This document shows, piece after piece, positions 1-8,918 of a DNA stretch of 64,000 nucleotides. This DNA comes from an archaeon (GTDB lineage Archaea > Nanobdellota > Nanobdellia > Pacearchaeales > GW2011-AR1), in assembly GCA_043810865.1 (NCBI GenBank), contig JBDRNS010000005.1, forward strand, positions 2,821 through 66,820, given 5' to 3'. Within the stretch, counting starts at the first letter, position 1; the number at the start of each line of letters is the position of its first letter. A program made the position numbers and the translations under genes. A model generated the notes under the pieces. The model saw only the letters and a list, made by a program, of their open reading frames with translations, made no database searches and was not told where the DNA came from.

Positions 1-58
1 GTTCCAAAAAATCAAATCCGCGAATTGCTACAGATTAAAAATGCTTATTTGAATTAAA

Positions 59-1777
59 ATGAAAACAGATTATGAGCCATTCAAAATCGGAACTGTATTC
101 AATCCCATTCCAATAAAAGTGAAGAATAATTTTCCCGTTTTAAAGTCGGTGGAGGTTTTATTCCCGAGCAGATTAAATGCGATGGCAATAGATCCGGGCA
201 GAATTGCAAGCAACAAGAATATGGTTTATTCTGCAGGAGAAATAGTTTTCTCACTTCCGATTTTTAAAAGAATTAAAGTCAATGTAATCTCTTCTAGAGA
301 TGTTGTCATATCTGAAAATTCGAGGAGAAAACCTCTTATCAGACACGCATTTTTGATAATGAAAAAAGCAATAAGTTTTGATAACGGATTGTATATCGAA
401 GTGGAAAATTCTGGAGAAGTTAAACATCAAGGGCTTGGTTCAAGCAGCAGTTTATTAGCGGGTGTTTGTGCAGCAATAAATGAAATTTACGGGTGTCCTA
501 TCAACCAAAAAGAATTATTAAAATATGTCGCCCAAAATCACGGAGAGGAAATTGAAGGAAATAATTCAGAATTAAATCCTGTGCAGTGTATTGGTGGTTC
601 AGCAGCATCGGGGCTTTATGAGGGAGGGGTTATATTGGTTCTTGGGAAGAATTTAGTTGCAAAAACCGCAAATATTCCTCAAGATTATTCAATAGTTTTA
701 GGTTTCCCAAAAGATTTTAAAGAAATTGATTCAAAAGTGGCTCTTGAAAAAGAGTTCGAAAATATAAATAATTTTATTGAATGCGGTAAAAAATATGGAG
801 AAACCAATGCTTATAATGTTTTACATAAATTTATTCCTGCGATGATTGAATCAGACATTGAGAAGATGGGAGAGGTGATATATGATTATAGGTATAATAT
901 GGGTAGTATAAAAAATTGTTCATTTCTTTATCCAAAATTAGTTCAGGTTTGCGATAAGGTATCAATTCTTAAAAAAGAGAGGTATGCTTCGATATTATCC
1001 ATCTCCTCTGTCGGGCCATTAATATTCGCGATAACTAAAAATCCAGAAAAATGCCAAGAAATTTTTGAAAAAGAAAATCTAAAAACAGAAATATTTCAAG
1101 TATACAATGGGAAATACAGAGTAGTAAACTTTCTTAGATACGAAGATGTTTTTTGGGATGAACAATCTTCTTTTTTTTCAGATAAGCTTCCCTGTAATCA
1201 TATAATCAAAATCTTAAAAAAGTTTGATAAAAGAAAAGGCAACAAGCTTTTGGATGTCGGATGTGGGGGAGGAAGAAATTTGATATCTAGACTGGGGGAA
1301 GGTTTTGATGTTTATGGGATAGATTATTCTAATTCTATGATAAAGAAAGTCCGACAAAAACTAAGCAAGCATTTTTCTTTAGAAGAGATAAAAAAAAGAA
1401 TACTCAAGAAAAATATCTTCAGTTTATCTGAAATCGACGAAAAGTTTAATGTTGTTATTGCTTCAGGAATAATTCACCAGGCTAAATCGAAAAAAGAGCT
1501 AAAGGAAATAATTTTTTTACTGGCTAATGCACTCAAAAGGGAAGGGATTTTAGTCGGCAATTTATTTACTTCAGATTATTTGGATTCTGAAATGAATTGT
1601 ATTGGTGAGAATGTTTATATTACAAAAGAAGGTTTGTATATGACCCTTGTCACAAAAGACGAATTTTTGGAAATTTGTAAGGAGAATGGACTTTATCCAA
1701 AAACTTTCCAGGAAGAAATAAAGGATGTAGGTACAGGAAAGAGAGCAATCCTCCGTTTTGAACTGGAGAAATTTTAA
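59..1777 (+). CDS. GHMP-kinase superfamily (RFAP-synthase-like) domain fused to class I SAM-dependent methyltransferase
   Basis: N-terminal FPSRLN, HQGLGSSSS GHMP motif, ISSVGP; C-terminal LLDVGCGGGRN SAM-binding motif. Confidence 0.75.
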   Translation: MKTDYEPFKIGTVFNPIPIKVKNNFPVLKSVEVLFPSRLNAMAIDPGRIASNKNMVYSAGEIVFSLPIFKRIKVNVISSRDVVISENSRRKPLIRHAFLIMKKAISFDNGLYIEVENSGEVKHQGLGSSSSLLAGVCAAINEIYGCPINQKELLKYVAQNHGEEIEGNNSELNPVQCIGGSAASGLYEGGVILVLGKNLVAKTANIPQDYSIVLGFPKDFKEIDSKVALEKEFENINNFIECGKKYGETNAYNVLHKFIPAMIESDIEKMGEVIYDYRYNMGSIKNCSFLYPKLVQVCDKVSILKKERYASILSISSVGPLIFAITKNPEKCQEIFEKENLKTEIFQVYNGKYRVVNFLRYEDVFWDEQSSFFSDKLPCNHIIKILKKFDKRKGNKLLDVGCGGGRNLISRLGEGFDVYGIDYSNSMIKKVRQKLSKHFSLEEIKKRILKKNIFSLSEIDEKFNVVIASGIIHQAKSKKELKEIIFLLANALKREGILVGNLFTSDYLDSEMNCIGENVYITKEGLYMTLVTKDEFLEICKENGLYPKTFQEEIKDVGTGKRAILRFELEKF

Positions 1778-1894
1778 AAAATTAAAATTATAAACAATAT
1801 ATTCTTCTCCGAAACACAAGCCCGGAGAAATCGCCAAGACAAAAAAAGATGCGGAGAAAGCAGAGAAAAACACAAGTAAAATTAATTTCAGTTT

Positions 1895-2359
1895 TTATCC
1901 TGCTAAATATCTTCTTAAATCAAGATTACGCAAACCTCTTATTACATCTTCGGGGACGAAAACATCTGTTGTTTTTATTGGAGAATCTCTTCCTAATTTT
2001 ATTCTTTGTAATGAATCTTTTTTTGGAGAAGAAAACATTTTGCCGAGATCTTCAAGATAAGGAAGGGTGCTTTTTCCCGCGTGAAGAAGGAAATCAGGGG
2101 CTAGGGGAATTATAATCTGTTTTTCTGTTAAATCGCTCCAGATGTATAAATTGCCTTCCCGTACAGTTCTTATATCTTCTCTTTTTGGGATTTTATGCAA
2201 CCACCATTCCTCCCATTTTAATCTTGGATTAATTTGAACAACATTTCTCCCATTAGTATAGCTTGTTAGATAACCTATCACTAGCTCTCTTATATCTTCA
2301 GGGTTTCTTGCATAAATGTGTGGTTCCCGATTTGAGAGATCTTTTAATTTATATAACAT
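1895..2359 (-). CDS. hypothetical protein (orphan)
   Basis: 154-aa ATG ORF with TATA-like CTTATATAA shortly upstream; no recognised motif. Confidence 0.6.
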   Translation of the reverse strand: MLYKLKDLSNREPHIYARNPEDIRELVIGYLTSYTNGRNVVQINPRLKWEEWWLHKIPKREDIRTVREGNLYIWSDLTEKQIIIPLAPDFLLHAGKSTLPYLEDLGKMFSSPKKDSLQRIKLGRDSPIKTTDVFVPEDVIRGLRNLDLRRYLAG

Positions 2360-2420
2360 GCGAAAATATTTTCTTGAAGTTATATAAGGTTTTTGTTTTG
2401 GGTGGAATTTTGATTTTTAT

Positions 2421-2603
2421 TTGCGTTCGCCAAAGCCAAGATAAATTCTTTCAGAATTTAGTATCGGTGCTCACGATTATTGACCTAGTTCCGTTTTATA
2501 TTTTCGACAAGGAAGGAATTTCGCTAAAAAAGTTTTAGTGCAATAATTTTCTAATCAATATCTGAACGAGAGGAAGGAAATTAAAAGCGAGCCGAAGGCG
2601 AGC
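2421..2603 (+). repeat. dispersed intergenic repeat element, copy A
   Basis: left TTGCGTTCGC and GCTCACGATT; internal TTCGCTAAAAAAGTTTTAGTGCAATAAT shared with copies B and K; right GCGAGCCGAAGGCGAGC. Confidence 0.7.
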
Positions 2604-2656
2604 TAAATTAATGCCCCCAAATTTTTATAAACTTGTTCTTATGTTTTATTTTATCA

Positions 2657-2859
2657 GCCCCAATCGCATAAGGGTATTGCACAAGATTGGAAAGCAGAAC
2701 CGAGGTTCCGCACCTCCTATGAATAAGAAAAGTTCAGCAGGAACGCACCTCCTATTGGTGAAAGGGGGTTCGGCGCCCAAAGAAACTACAATAGTTTCCG
2801 AGAGAAAAACAAACATCTTGGTCCGCAAGGACATCCAGGTTCGAGTCCTGGTTGGGGCG
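2657..2859 (+). tRNA. tRNA-Ser(GGA) with 122-nt intron at 37/38 (2693-2814)
   Basis: acceptor GCCCCAA/TTGGGGC+G, anticodon stem CAAGA/TCTTG, loop TT-GGA-A, long variable arm GTCCGCAAGGAC, T-arm CCAGG-TTCGAGT-CCTGG; TTTATAAA at 2624. Confidence 0.9.
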
Positions 2860-2868
2860 TTTTTGAAA

Positions 2869-3432
2869 ATGGAAAAAGATTACAAAAAAGAATTTATTGA
2901 AATAATTAAAAATGATAATTTTTTGACTGAACTGTTAAAAATAGTCAGGGAACTTGATTTGCCTGATTGGTTTGTTGTTGCAGGAGTTGTCAGGAACAGG
3001 GTTTGGGATTTTCTGCATGGATATGGGCAAAATACCGAACTGAGAGATGTTGATGTTATTTATTTTGATAATTCCAAGTTTAATTCTGAAGAAGATAAAA
3101 GAATTGAAAAGAAACTAAGAGAAAAAAGAAATGATATAGAATGGGATGTTTTTAATCAAGCCCGAAGACATCTTAAAAATCAGAAAAGTGTAAATTCTTC
3201 TGAAGAGGCACTTTTTTATTATAGTGAGACAGCTAATTGCATTGGTGTGAGGTTAAACAAAGACGGCAGTTTTTTTGTTTGTGCTCCTTACGGTTTTGAG
3301 GACTTGATGAATTTGATAGTTAAGCCAGTTCCAGAACCTTATCAGAACATGGAGTTGTTTAATTTGAGAACAAAAGAAAAAGGATGGTTTGAAAAGTGGC
3401 CGAAATTGAAATTAATTACTTCACCACAATAA
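2869..3432 (+). CDS. nucleotidyltransferase family protein (DUF925-like)
   Basis: AGVVRNRVWD, DVDVIYFD, NQAR, ETA, APYG motifs; start moved to ATG 2869 because the longer ORF runs through the tRNA. Confidence 0.85.
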   Translation: MEKDYKKEFIEIIKNDNFLTELLKIVRELDLPDWFVVAGVVRNRVWDFLHGYGQNTELRDVDVIYFDNSKFNSEEDKRIEKKLREKRNDIEWDVFNQARRHLKNQKSVNSSEEALFYYSETANCIGVRLNKDGSFFVCAPYGFEDLMNLIVKPVPEPYQNMELFNLRTKEKGWFEKWPKLKLITSPQ

Positions 3433-3434
3433 TC

Positions 3435-3442
3435 TTTATAAA
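3435..3442 (+). promoter_or_regulatory. archaeal TATA box of a leaderless gene (representative)
   Basis: TTTATAAA ending 21 nt before ATG 3464; same spacing at 4380, 7860, 17591, 29474, 38415 and 61003. Confidence 0.7.
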
Positions 3443-3463
3443 GAAGGGATATTCTCTTTTTTT

Positions 3464-3889
3464 ATGAATAGGTTAAGTGAAGTTAGATATGAAGAAGGAA
3501 TTGCTGCGGGACATTACGATCACAGAAGAAATATTGATGACCCTTTAAAATTGTTTGATGGGTTGGAAGGAACATGGCATCCCCACGGAATAATTACATT
3601 AAAGCAGGAAGGATTGGACTTGGGAAATCACCATCATGATTACGATGAACTTTATTTTTCTCCAACAGGAGGGTTTAATGTCTGGCTTGTTGATGAGAGA
3701 GAACCAAAAGATATGTTACATTTTAGGATGACTCCCGGTTCAAGATTGCTTCTTCCAGAATATGTTGCTCACAGAGTTGTTGGGGAAATTGGTTCTGTAT
3801 TGCTGACTTATGGGAACGTTCCTTTTAATTCAAATAGAATTTTAAAGAGTTCGACTGAGTCCTTGGAACTTCTTGCAGTGGGAGAATAA
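3464..3889 (+). CDS. cupin-fold (RmlC-like) protein
   Basis: GNHHHDYDELYF and PGSRLLLPEYVAHRV cupin motifs. Confidence 0.65.
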   Translation: MNRLSEVRYEEGIAAGHYDHRRNIDDPLKLFDGLEGTWHPHGIITLKQEGLDLGNHHHDYDELYFSPTGGFNVWLVDEREPKDMLHFRMTPGSRLLLPEYVAHRVVGEIGSVLLTYGNVPFNSNRILKSSTESLELLAVGE

Positions 3890-3919
3890 TTTATTAATTC
3901 TTTTTTCTTCGCATAATTG

Positions 3920-4234
3920 ATGAAAACCTTCAATGAACGTTGTTATGAAATTTTGAAAAAAGTTCCTGCGGGAAAAGTCACGACTTACAAAGCAATTGCG
4001 CATAAGTTAAATTCAAAAGCTTATCGTCAGGTTGGAATGGCGATGAACAAAAATCCTTACGCTCCAAAAATTCCCTGTCATCGCGTTATAAACAGCGACG
4101 GAAAAATTGGAGGATTTAATTCCGGAGTAAAAAAGAAAATTGAAATGCTGAAAAAAGAAGGCGTTGAAGTGAAAAATAATAGGATTGATTTAGGGAAGTT
4201 TGGGTTTTATTTCTCTCGCTTCGCTCGCTATTGA
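3920..4234 (+). CDS. ogt: methylated-DNA-protein cysteine methyltransferase (MGMT family)
   Basis: VPAGKVTTY, RQVG, PCHRV active-site motif. Confidence 0.9.
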   Translation: MKTFNERCYEILKKVPAGKVTTYKAIAHKLNSKAYRQVGMAMNKNPYAPKIPCHRVINSDGKIGGFNSGVKKKIEMLKKEGVEVKNNRIDLGKFGFYFSRFARY

Positions 4235-4352
4235 TGTGCTTCGTGCCAAACTTCGTTAAAGCACTTCGCTAAGAAAGTTTTAATGCATTAATATTTTTTT
4301 ATTAGCGAGAATTCTTGACAGCGTCTAAATTCAAGCCAGACAATCGTGAGCG
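4213..4352 (+). repeat. dispersed repeat element, copy B (overlaps ogt 3' end)
   Basis: CTCTCGCTTCGCTCGCTATTGAT left end, TTCGCTAAGAAAGTTTTAATGCATTAAT internal, AATCGTGAGCG right end. Confidence 0.75.
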
Positions 4353-4408
4353 TACTTCTTTATGAAAATCATCCAAATCTTTATAAAAGATAAATCTTTT
4401 TTGATTTA

Positions 4409-4717
4409 ATGGACAAAGACGTTGGAAAGATAACAAAAGGCGAATATCAGGGAACTGTTACAGATATTGTTGTCGGAATCAGAGAATACAACGGGAAAGT
4501 CGGTGTTGATATAAGAGAATTTACAACGAGCGACAGGTACACAGGGCCGACGAAGAAGGGATTGAGGATTCCTGCTGAGAGTTTTTCAAAGTTCAAGGAA
4601 ATGATAAATTCAATTAATGAAAGCGACTTGAAACCTTCTGAAGTAAGCTCTGAGAAAACAGAAAGCAAAACAGAAATGAAAAAGCCAAAAAATCAGGAAG
4701 AACTGCCTGATTATTGA
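4409..4717 (+). CDS. PC4/YdbC-family ssDNA-binding protein
   Basis: EYNGKVGVDIREF...PTKKGLRI signature. Confidence 0.85.
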   Translation: MDKDVGKITKGEYQGTVTDIVVGIREYNGKVGVDIREFTTSDRYTGPTKKGLRIPAESFSKFKEMINSINESDLKPSEVSSEKTESKTEMKKPKNQEELPDY

Positions 4718-4740
4718 AGCAAAAATTTATTTCTAAATTA

Positions 4741-5002
4741 GTTCCACTCTGTTCGCAATCCTACATAAATTTTTGTCCCTATTTAATTTATTCCCACCCG
4801 CCCACCCCCAGAAAATTAATTAATAAAAATCCCAAAAATAATTACTAAAATTACTTTTTACTACAAAATCATTCACCATCACAAAATTTGTCTCTTTTCG
4901 CCCGATTGATGAAATAAATTTAATCTAAAAATTCCGAGAAAGTTATAAAATACAGGTTGTGTTTATATTAACAGTTTAAATTAATATGCAAACGAAGTGA
5001 GC
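4741..5002 (+). repeat. dispersed repeat element, copy C (G4 core 4793-4809)
   Basis: TTCCCACCCGCCCACCCCC, AAATTTGTCTC..CGCCCGATTGAT, right end AACGAAGTGAGC. Confidence 0.75.
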
Positions 5003-5018
5003 ATAAATTTATGAAAAT

Positions 5019-5408
5019 TCAAAAAATCAAACTGACAATATAATCACTTATTCCTGCGCTTAAAATTCCGATTATTATTCCGAAAATTATTTTCTTTTTT
5101 TCCGCCTTGAAGTAAAAGAGCGAGGCAATCATCAAAATATAAATTGCCGACGCGAAAATTGTAAATGTCAGATTTTTGTAATAAAGAGATGTGAAAATCA
5201 AGACAACCAATCCCAATCCTGAGTGGATGTTTGCTTTTATTATGAAAATAGCGATTAAATATACTGCTCCTGCAATTGCAATCTGTGTAAGATATTCGGG
5301 CTTTGAGAGAATTGAAATTCTTGCAAGGACAAGAACAAAAAAAGGAATTCCGCCGAGAGCAACCAAATCCCTTGCAGTTTCTTTCAGATATTTTTTATAA
5401 TTTTTCAT
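5019..5408 (-). CDS. small multi-pass membrane protein (PAP2-like fragment)
   Basis: about 4 hydrophobic helices, ARDLVALGG start. Confidence 0.7.
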   Translation of the reverse strand: MKNYKKYLKETARDLVALGGIPFFVLVLARISILSKPEYLTQIAIAGAVYLIAIFIIKANIHSGLGLVVLIFTSLYYKNLTFTIFASAIYILMIASLFYFKAEKKKIIFGIIIGILSAGISDYIVSLIF

Positions 5409-6037
5409 TCTACTTGAATTTTATAATTTCCATTTATCTCAAAATCCACTACATTTCCGTTTAGCTGCATCAACTCCTCTTCAATCACCAAACTCCCATT
5501 ATAGCCGTTTATTTCCACTTTTTCGTTGTCTACTTTAAATGTGTTTTTCATGTCTGCTATGTTTATGTGGCCTGAAGTAACATATGACAACTTGTCAATT
5601 TCAACATTATCTATTTCGATAACATTGTAACCTGCGGATTTTTCGAAGGAAACTTTTGCGGAATTTCCAGCGAGGTTTGCAGGATAGCCGTTGAAAATTA
5701 TTTCAGAACTTTCTCCCTTCAATCTTTTTATTTCATCCGAGTTTAGGGATATCTCTCCCCTGAAGTTTTTCATGATGATGTAATTGTTGTTTGAATTTCC
5801 GAGATAATTTTTTTCACTTCCGACGATGAAGTTTGAATCAGAATAAGCGACGAGTTTTACTTCGTTGAAATTTCCTTTTAATGTTATTTCAGGGATTGTG
5901 AGTCCTGCGTTTATGCTGATTGTTGCTGTTTCGTTTTTGCCGCTTATGAAATCACCTGTCAGCGGAATTTTGTCTGAGAAAGCATTGTATGCGAGAAGAA
6001 CTAATATTCCTATAAGCACCATTGTTATTATTTTCAT
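5405..6037 (-). CDS. hypothetical exported/membrane-anchored protein
   Basis: N-terminal hydrophobic helix followed by ITGxF-like motif; 4-nt overlap with next gene. Confidence 0.7.
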   Translation of the reverse strand: MKIITMVLIGILVLLAYNAFSDKIPLTGDFISGKNETATISINAGLTIPEITLKGNFNEVKLVAYSDSNFIVGSEKNYLGNSNNNYIIMKNFRGEISLNSDEIKRLKGESSEIIFNGYPANLAGNSAKVSFEKSAGYNVIEIDNVEIDKLSYVTSGHINIADMKNTFKVDNEKVEINGYNGSLVIEEELMQLNGNVVDFEINGNYKIQVE

Positions 6038-6112
6038 AGTTATCTGATGATGTTATGAATTAAAAAGATTTGCCTTAGTAAGCTTTTTAACTTAATTCGG
6101 TTTTGTGTTTTC

Positions 6113-7855
6113 ATGGAGCAAAAAATAAGACAGCCGATAGTGACGGTTTGCGGGCATGTTGATCACGGAAAGACAAGCGTTCTTGACGCTCTTAGGGAAA
6201 GCTCTGTTACAGAAGAGGAGGCAGGAGGAATAACGCAGAAAATTTCTTTCACGCTTTTCCCGATGGAACAACTGAAAAAAGCATGCCCATTGATTGAGAA
6301 GCAGGGAATAAAATTAAACATTCCAGGTTTTTTGTTTATTGATACCCCTGGGCACGCGGCTTTTACAAATTTGAGAAAAAGGGGAGGAAGTTTGGCGGAC
6401 ATTGCAATTCTTGTCATTGACATAAATGAGGGAATAAAGCCGCAGACAGCAGAAGTAATTCAAATTTTGAAACTTAACAAGACGCCTTTTATTATTGCGC
6501 TGAACAAGATTGACAACATTTCAGGGTGGAGGGCTAGAAAAGATTTGGGACTGAAAGAAAGCATTGAATCGCAGTCGGTAAATGTGAAGCAAACATTTGA
6601 CGAAAGGTATTACACTTTAATCGGAAGTTTGAACAGTTTCGGATTTGACGCAGATTTGTTCTATAATATTTCTGATTTCACGAAGAAAATTGCGCTTGTT
6701 CCTTTAAGTGCGAGAACGAAAGAGGGGATTTCTGAGCTGATAATGGTTTTGTGCGGATTGAGTCAAAGGTATCTTGCGGGAAATTTGTTTGTCGGGAAAG
6801 ATGCTAAGGGAGTCATACTTGAAATTAAAAAAGAAAAGTCAATAAATTATGCAGAGGCGATTTTGTATGACGGCGAGTTGGAAAAGAAAAATAAAATTGC
6901 AATTGCGGATTTAAACGGCGAGCCGATTGTTACAGGAATAAGAATTCTTGAAGAGATTCAGCCGCTTTCATCAAAGTTTAAGCCGAGGGAAAAAGTTTCT
7001 GCCGCGACAGGATTAAGAATGCAGTTTATTGAAAAAGCAAATATTTTATCGGGAATGCCCTTTGTTTCTTACGATGGAGACAAGGAAAAAATAAAAAGTA
7101 TTTTTAGAAAAGAAATCTCTGAAAATATTGAAACGCAGAAGAACGGAATTATTGCTAAGGCGGATTCTTTGGGAAGTTTGGAGGCGCTGCTTGTTTTGCT
7201 GAAACAAAATAATGTTCCTGTCGTGAAAGCAGGAATTGGGGACATAAACAAGACGGATGTAATTTCTGCAAAAGCGAATCTGAAAATAAACGAGCTTGAT
7301 GCAATTGTTGTTGGTTTTAATGTAGATGTTGATGAAGATGCCAAGGAAATTCTTGGAGAAGTTAAGATAGTAAAAGAGGAGGTTATTTACAAGCTTATTG
7401 AAAATCTTGTTGCGTTCAGGGAAGAGAGAAGAAGAGAAATTGAAAAAGAAAGAATGATGTCGCTGAGTTCGTTGTGTAAATTGCAAATTCTTCACCAGCA
7501 TGTTTTCAGGAATACGAAGCCGGCGATTTTTGGGGTTAGGGTTGAAAGCGGGAAATTGATTTCTGGCTTGAATTTGTTTGATGAGAAAAATGAAAAAATC
7601 GGGAGAGTGAAGAATATTCAGACAGAAAATAAATCTGTTCGGGAGGCAGGGGAAGGACAAGAAATTGCGATTTCAATTCCCGGAATTAATTTTGAGAGAA
7701 TGCTCGGAAAGGAGAAGTTTCTTTATTCAGATATTTCAGAGAGCCAATTCAAGAAATTCAAAAAAAACAAGGATTTGCTTTCAAGCAAGGAAATTTCTTT
7801 GCTTCAGGAAATTGCGGAAATTAAACGGAAAGATAAGGCAGATTGGGGGAACTGA
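6113..7855 (+). CDS. infB: translation initiation factor aIF5B (IF2)
   Basis: RQPIVTVCGHVDHGKT, GGITQ, DTPGH, NKID. Confidence 0.97.
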   Translation: MEQKIRQPIVTVCGHVDHGKTSVLDALRESSVTEEEAGGITQKISFTLFPMEQLKKACPLIEKQGIKLNIPGFLFIDTPGHAAFTNLRKRGGSLADIAILVIDINEGIKPQTAEVIQILKLNKTPFIIALNKIDNISGWRARKDLGLKESIESQSVNVKQTFDERYYTLIGSLNSFGFDADLFYNISDFTKKIALVPLSARTKEGISELIMVLCGLSQRYLAGNLFVGKDAKGVILEIKKEKSINYAEAILYDGELEKKNKIAIADLNGEPIVTGIRILEEIQPLSSKFKPREKVSAATGLRMQFIEKANILSGMPFVSYDGDKEKIKSIFRKEISENIETQKNGIIAKADSLGSLEALLVLLKQNNVPVVKAGIGDINKTDVISAKANLKINELDAIVVGFNVDVDEDAKEILGEVKIVKEEVIYKLIENLVAFREERRREIEKERMMSLSSLCKLQILHQHVFRNTKPAIFGVRVESGKLISGLNLFDEKNEKIGRVKNIQTENKSVREAGEGQEIAISIPGINFERMLGKEKFLYSDISESQFKKFKKNKDLLSSKEISLLQEIAEIKRKDKADWGN

Positions 7856-7888
7856 AATCTTTAAAAACCATTTCCAATACTAGTTATT

Positions 7889-8410
7889 ATGGCATTCAAA
7901 ATTAATATTTCAGAGAAATCAGGGAAGACATTCCATTTGGATATGGATAATGAGAATCTTATTGGGAAAGAATTAAAGAATAAAGTTTCAGGGAATGAAA
8001 TTTCTCCTGACTTGAGCAGTTATGAATTTGAGATTACAGGAATGAGTGATATTGCCGGTTTTCCTTCCTTGGAGAGTGTTGAAGGAATCGGTTTAAAGAA
8101 AGTTCTTTTGACTTACGGGAAAGGCATGAAGAGGAGACCTAAAAAAGAAGGGAAAAGAAAGAGAAACAAAAACAAGCCGAAGGGTTTGCGTTTGAGAAAA
8201 ACTGTAAGAGGCAAGGTAATTTCTCCGAATATTGTTCAGATTAATCTCAAGGTTTTGAAAGAAGGCGCGAAAAAATTGAATGAGATTTTTCCGGAGCAGA
8301 ATCAGAAAAAAGAAGAGGAGAAGAAGGAAGTCAAGACAGAAGAAAAAGTTGAGGAAAAGCCGGTTGAAAAAATAGAGGTTAAAAAAGAAGAAAAACAAGA
8401 ATCTCAGTGA
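7889..8410 (+). CDS. rps6e: 30S ribosomal protein S6e
   Basis: FKINIS, ITGMSDIAGFP, GLRLRKTVRG; follows infB. Confidence 0.95.
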   Translation: MAFKINISEKSGKTFHLDMDNENLIGKELKNKVSGNEISPDLSSYEFEITGMSDIAGFPSLESVEGIGLKKVLLTYGKGMKRRPKKEGKRKRNKNKPKGLRLRKTVRGKVISPNIVQINLKVLKEGAKKLNEIFPEQNQKKEEEKKEVKTEEKVEEKPVEKIEVKKEEKQESQ

Positions 8411-8868
8411 TTTAGTTTTTCAACTAGCCGTTCAATAAATTCTCTTTGCGCAGGAATTATTTTTTCCTTCGCTTCTTCAATGGAAAATAATTTTACTTTG
8501 TCAACTTCGGGAATTTTTATTTTCTTTCCTGAATTGTATGGATATTCAATTTCAATTATATTTTGTTTTAACAAACCATTCCAGTCATTTTCAAATGCCC
8601 ATGCGTGAACGATTTTTCCTGATTTTTGCCTTACTTCTCCAAGAGGAATAAATTCATTTTTGCCAGTTAATTTTATTCCTGTTTCCTCCACAAATTCCCG
8701 TTTTGCAGTATCAAATAATTTTTCTTTTTCTTTCACCTGTCCTTTTGGAATGCTCCATGCTCCAATATCCTTGTTTTTCCAAAACGGACCGCCGTGATGA
8801 ACAAGAAAAACTTTCAGGTTCTTGTCATTGATTTTATACATCAACAAACCGGATGAGATTTTATGCAT
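8404..8868 (-). CDS. NUDIX hydrolase (COG4119-like)
   Basis: HHGGPFW..WSIPKG..AKREFVEETG Nudix box. Confidence 0.9.
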   Translation of the reverse strand: MHKISSGLLMYKINDKNLKVFLVHHGGPFWKNKDIGAWSIPKGQVKEKEKLFDTAKREFVEETGIKLTGKNEFIPLGEVRQKSGKIVHAWAFENDWNGLLKQNIIEIEYPYNSGKKIKIPEVDKVKLFSIEEAKEKIIPAQREFIERLVEKLNH

Positions 8869-8918
8869 TTTGCAATTAGAATACCAAACCTTAAAAACTC
8901 TTTCTTCAAAATATCACT

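Noticed and set aside
2611..2868. N-terminal extension of ORF 2611..3432 and ORFs 2646..2834, 48965..49207, 48976..49200
   Set aside because: They read through tRNA-Ser genes; the shared peptide QNRGSAP is just the shared intron sequence.
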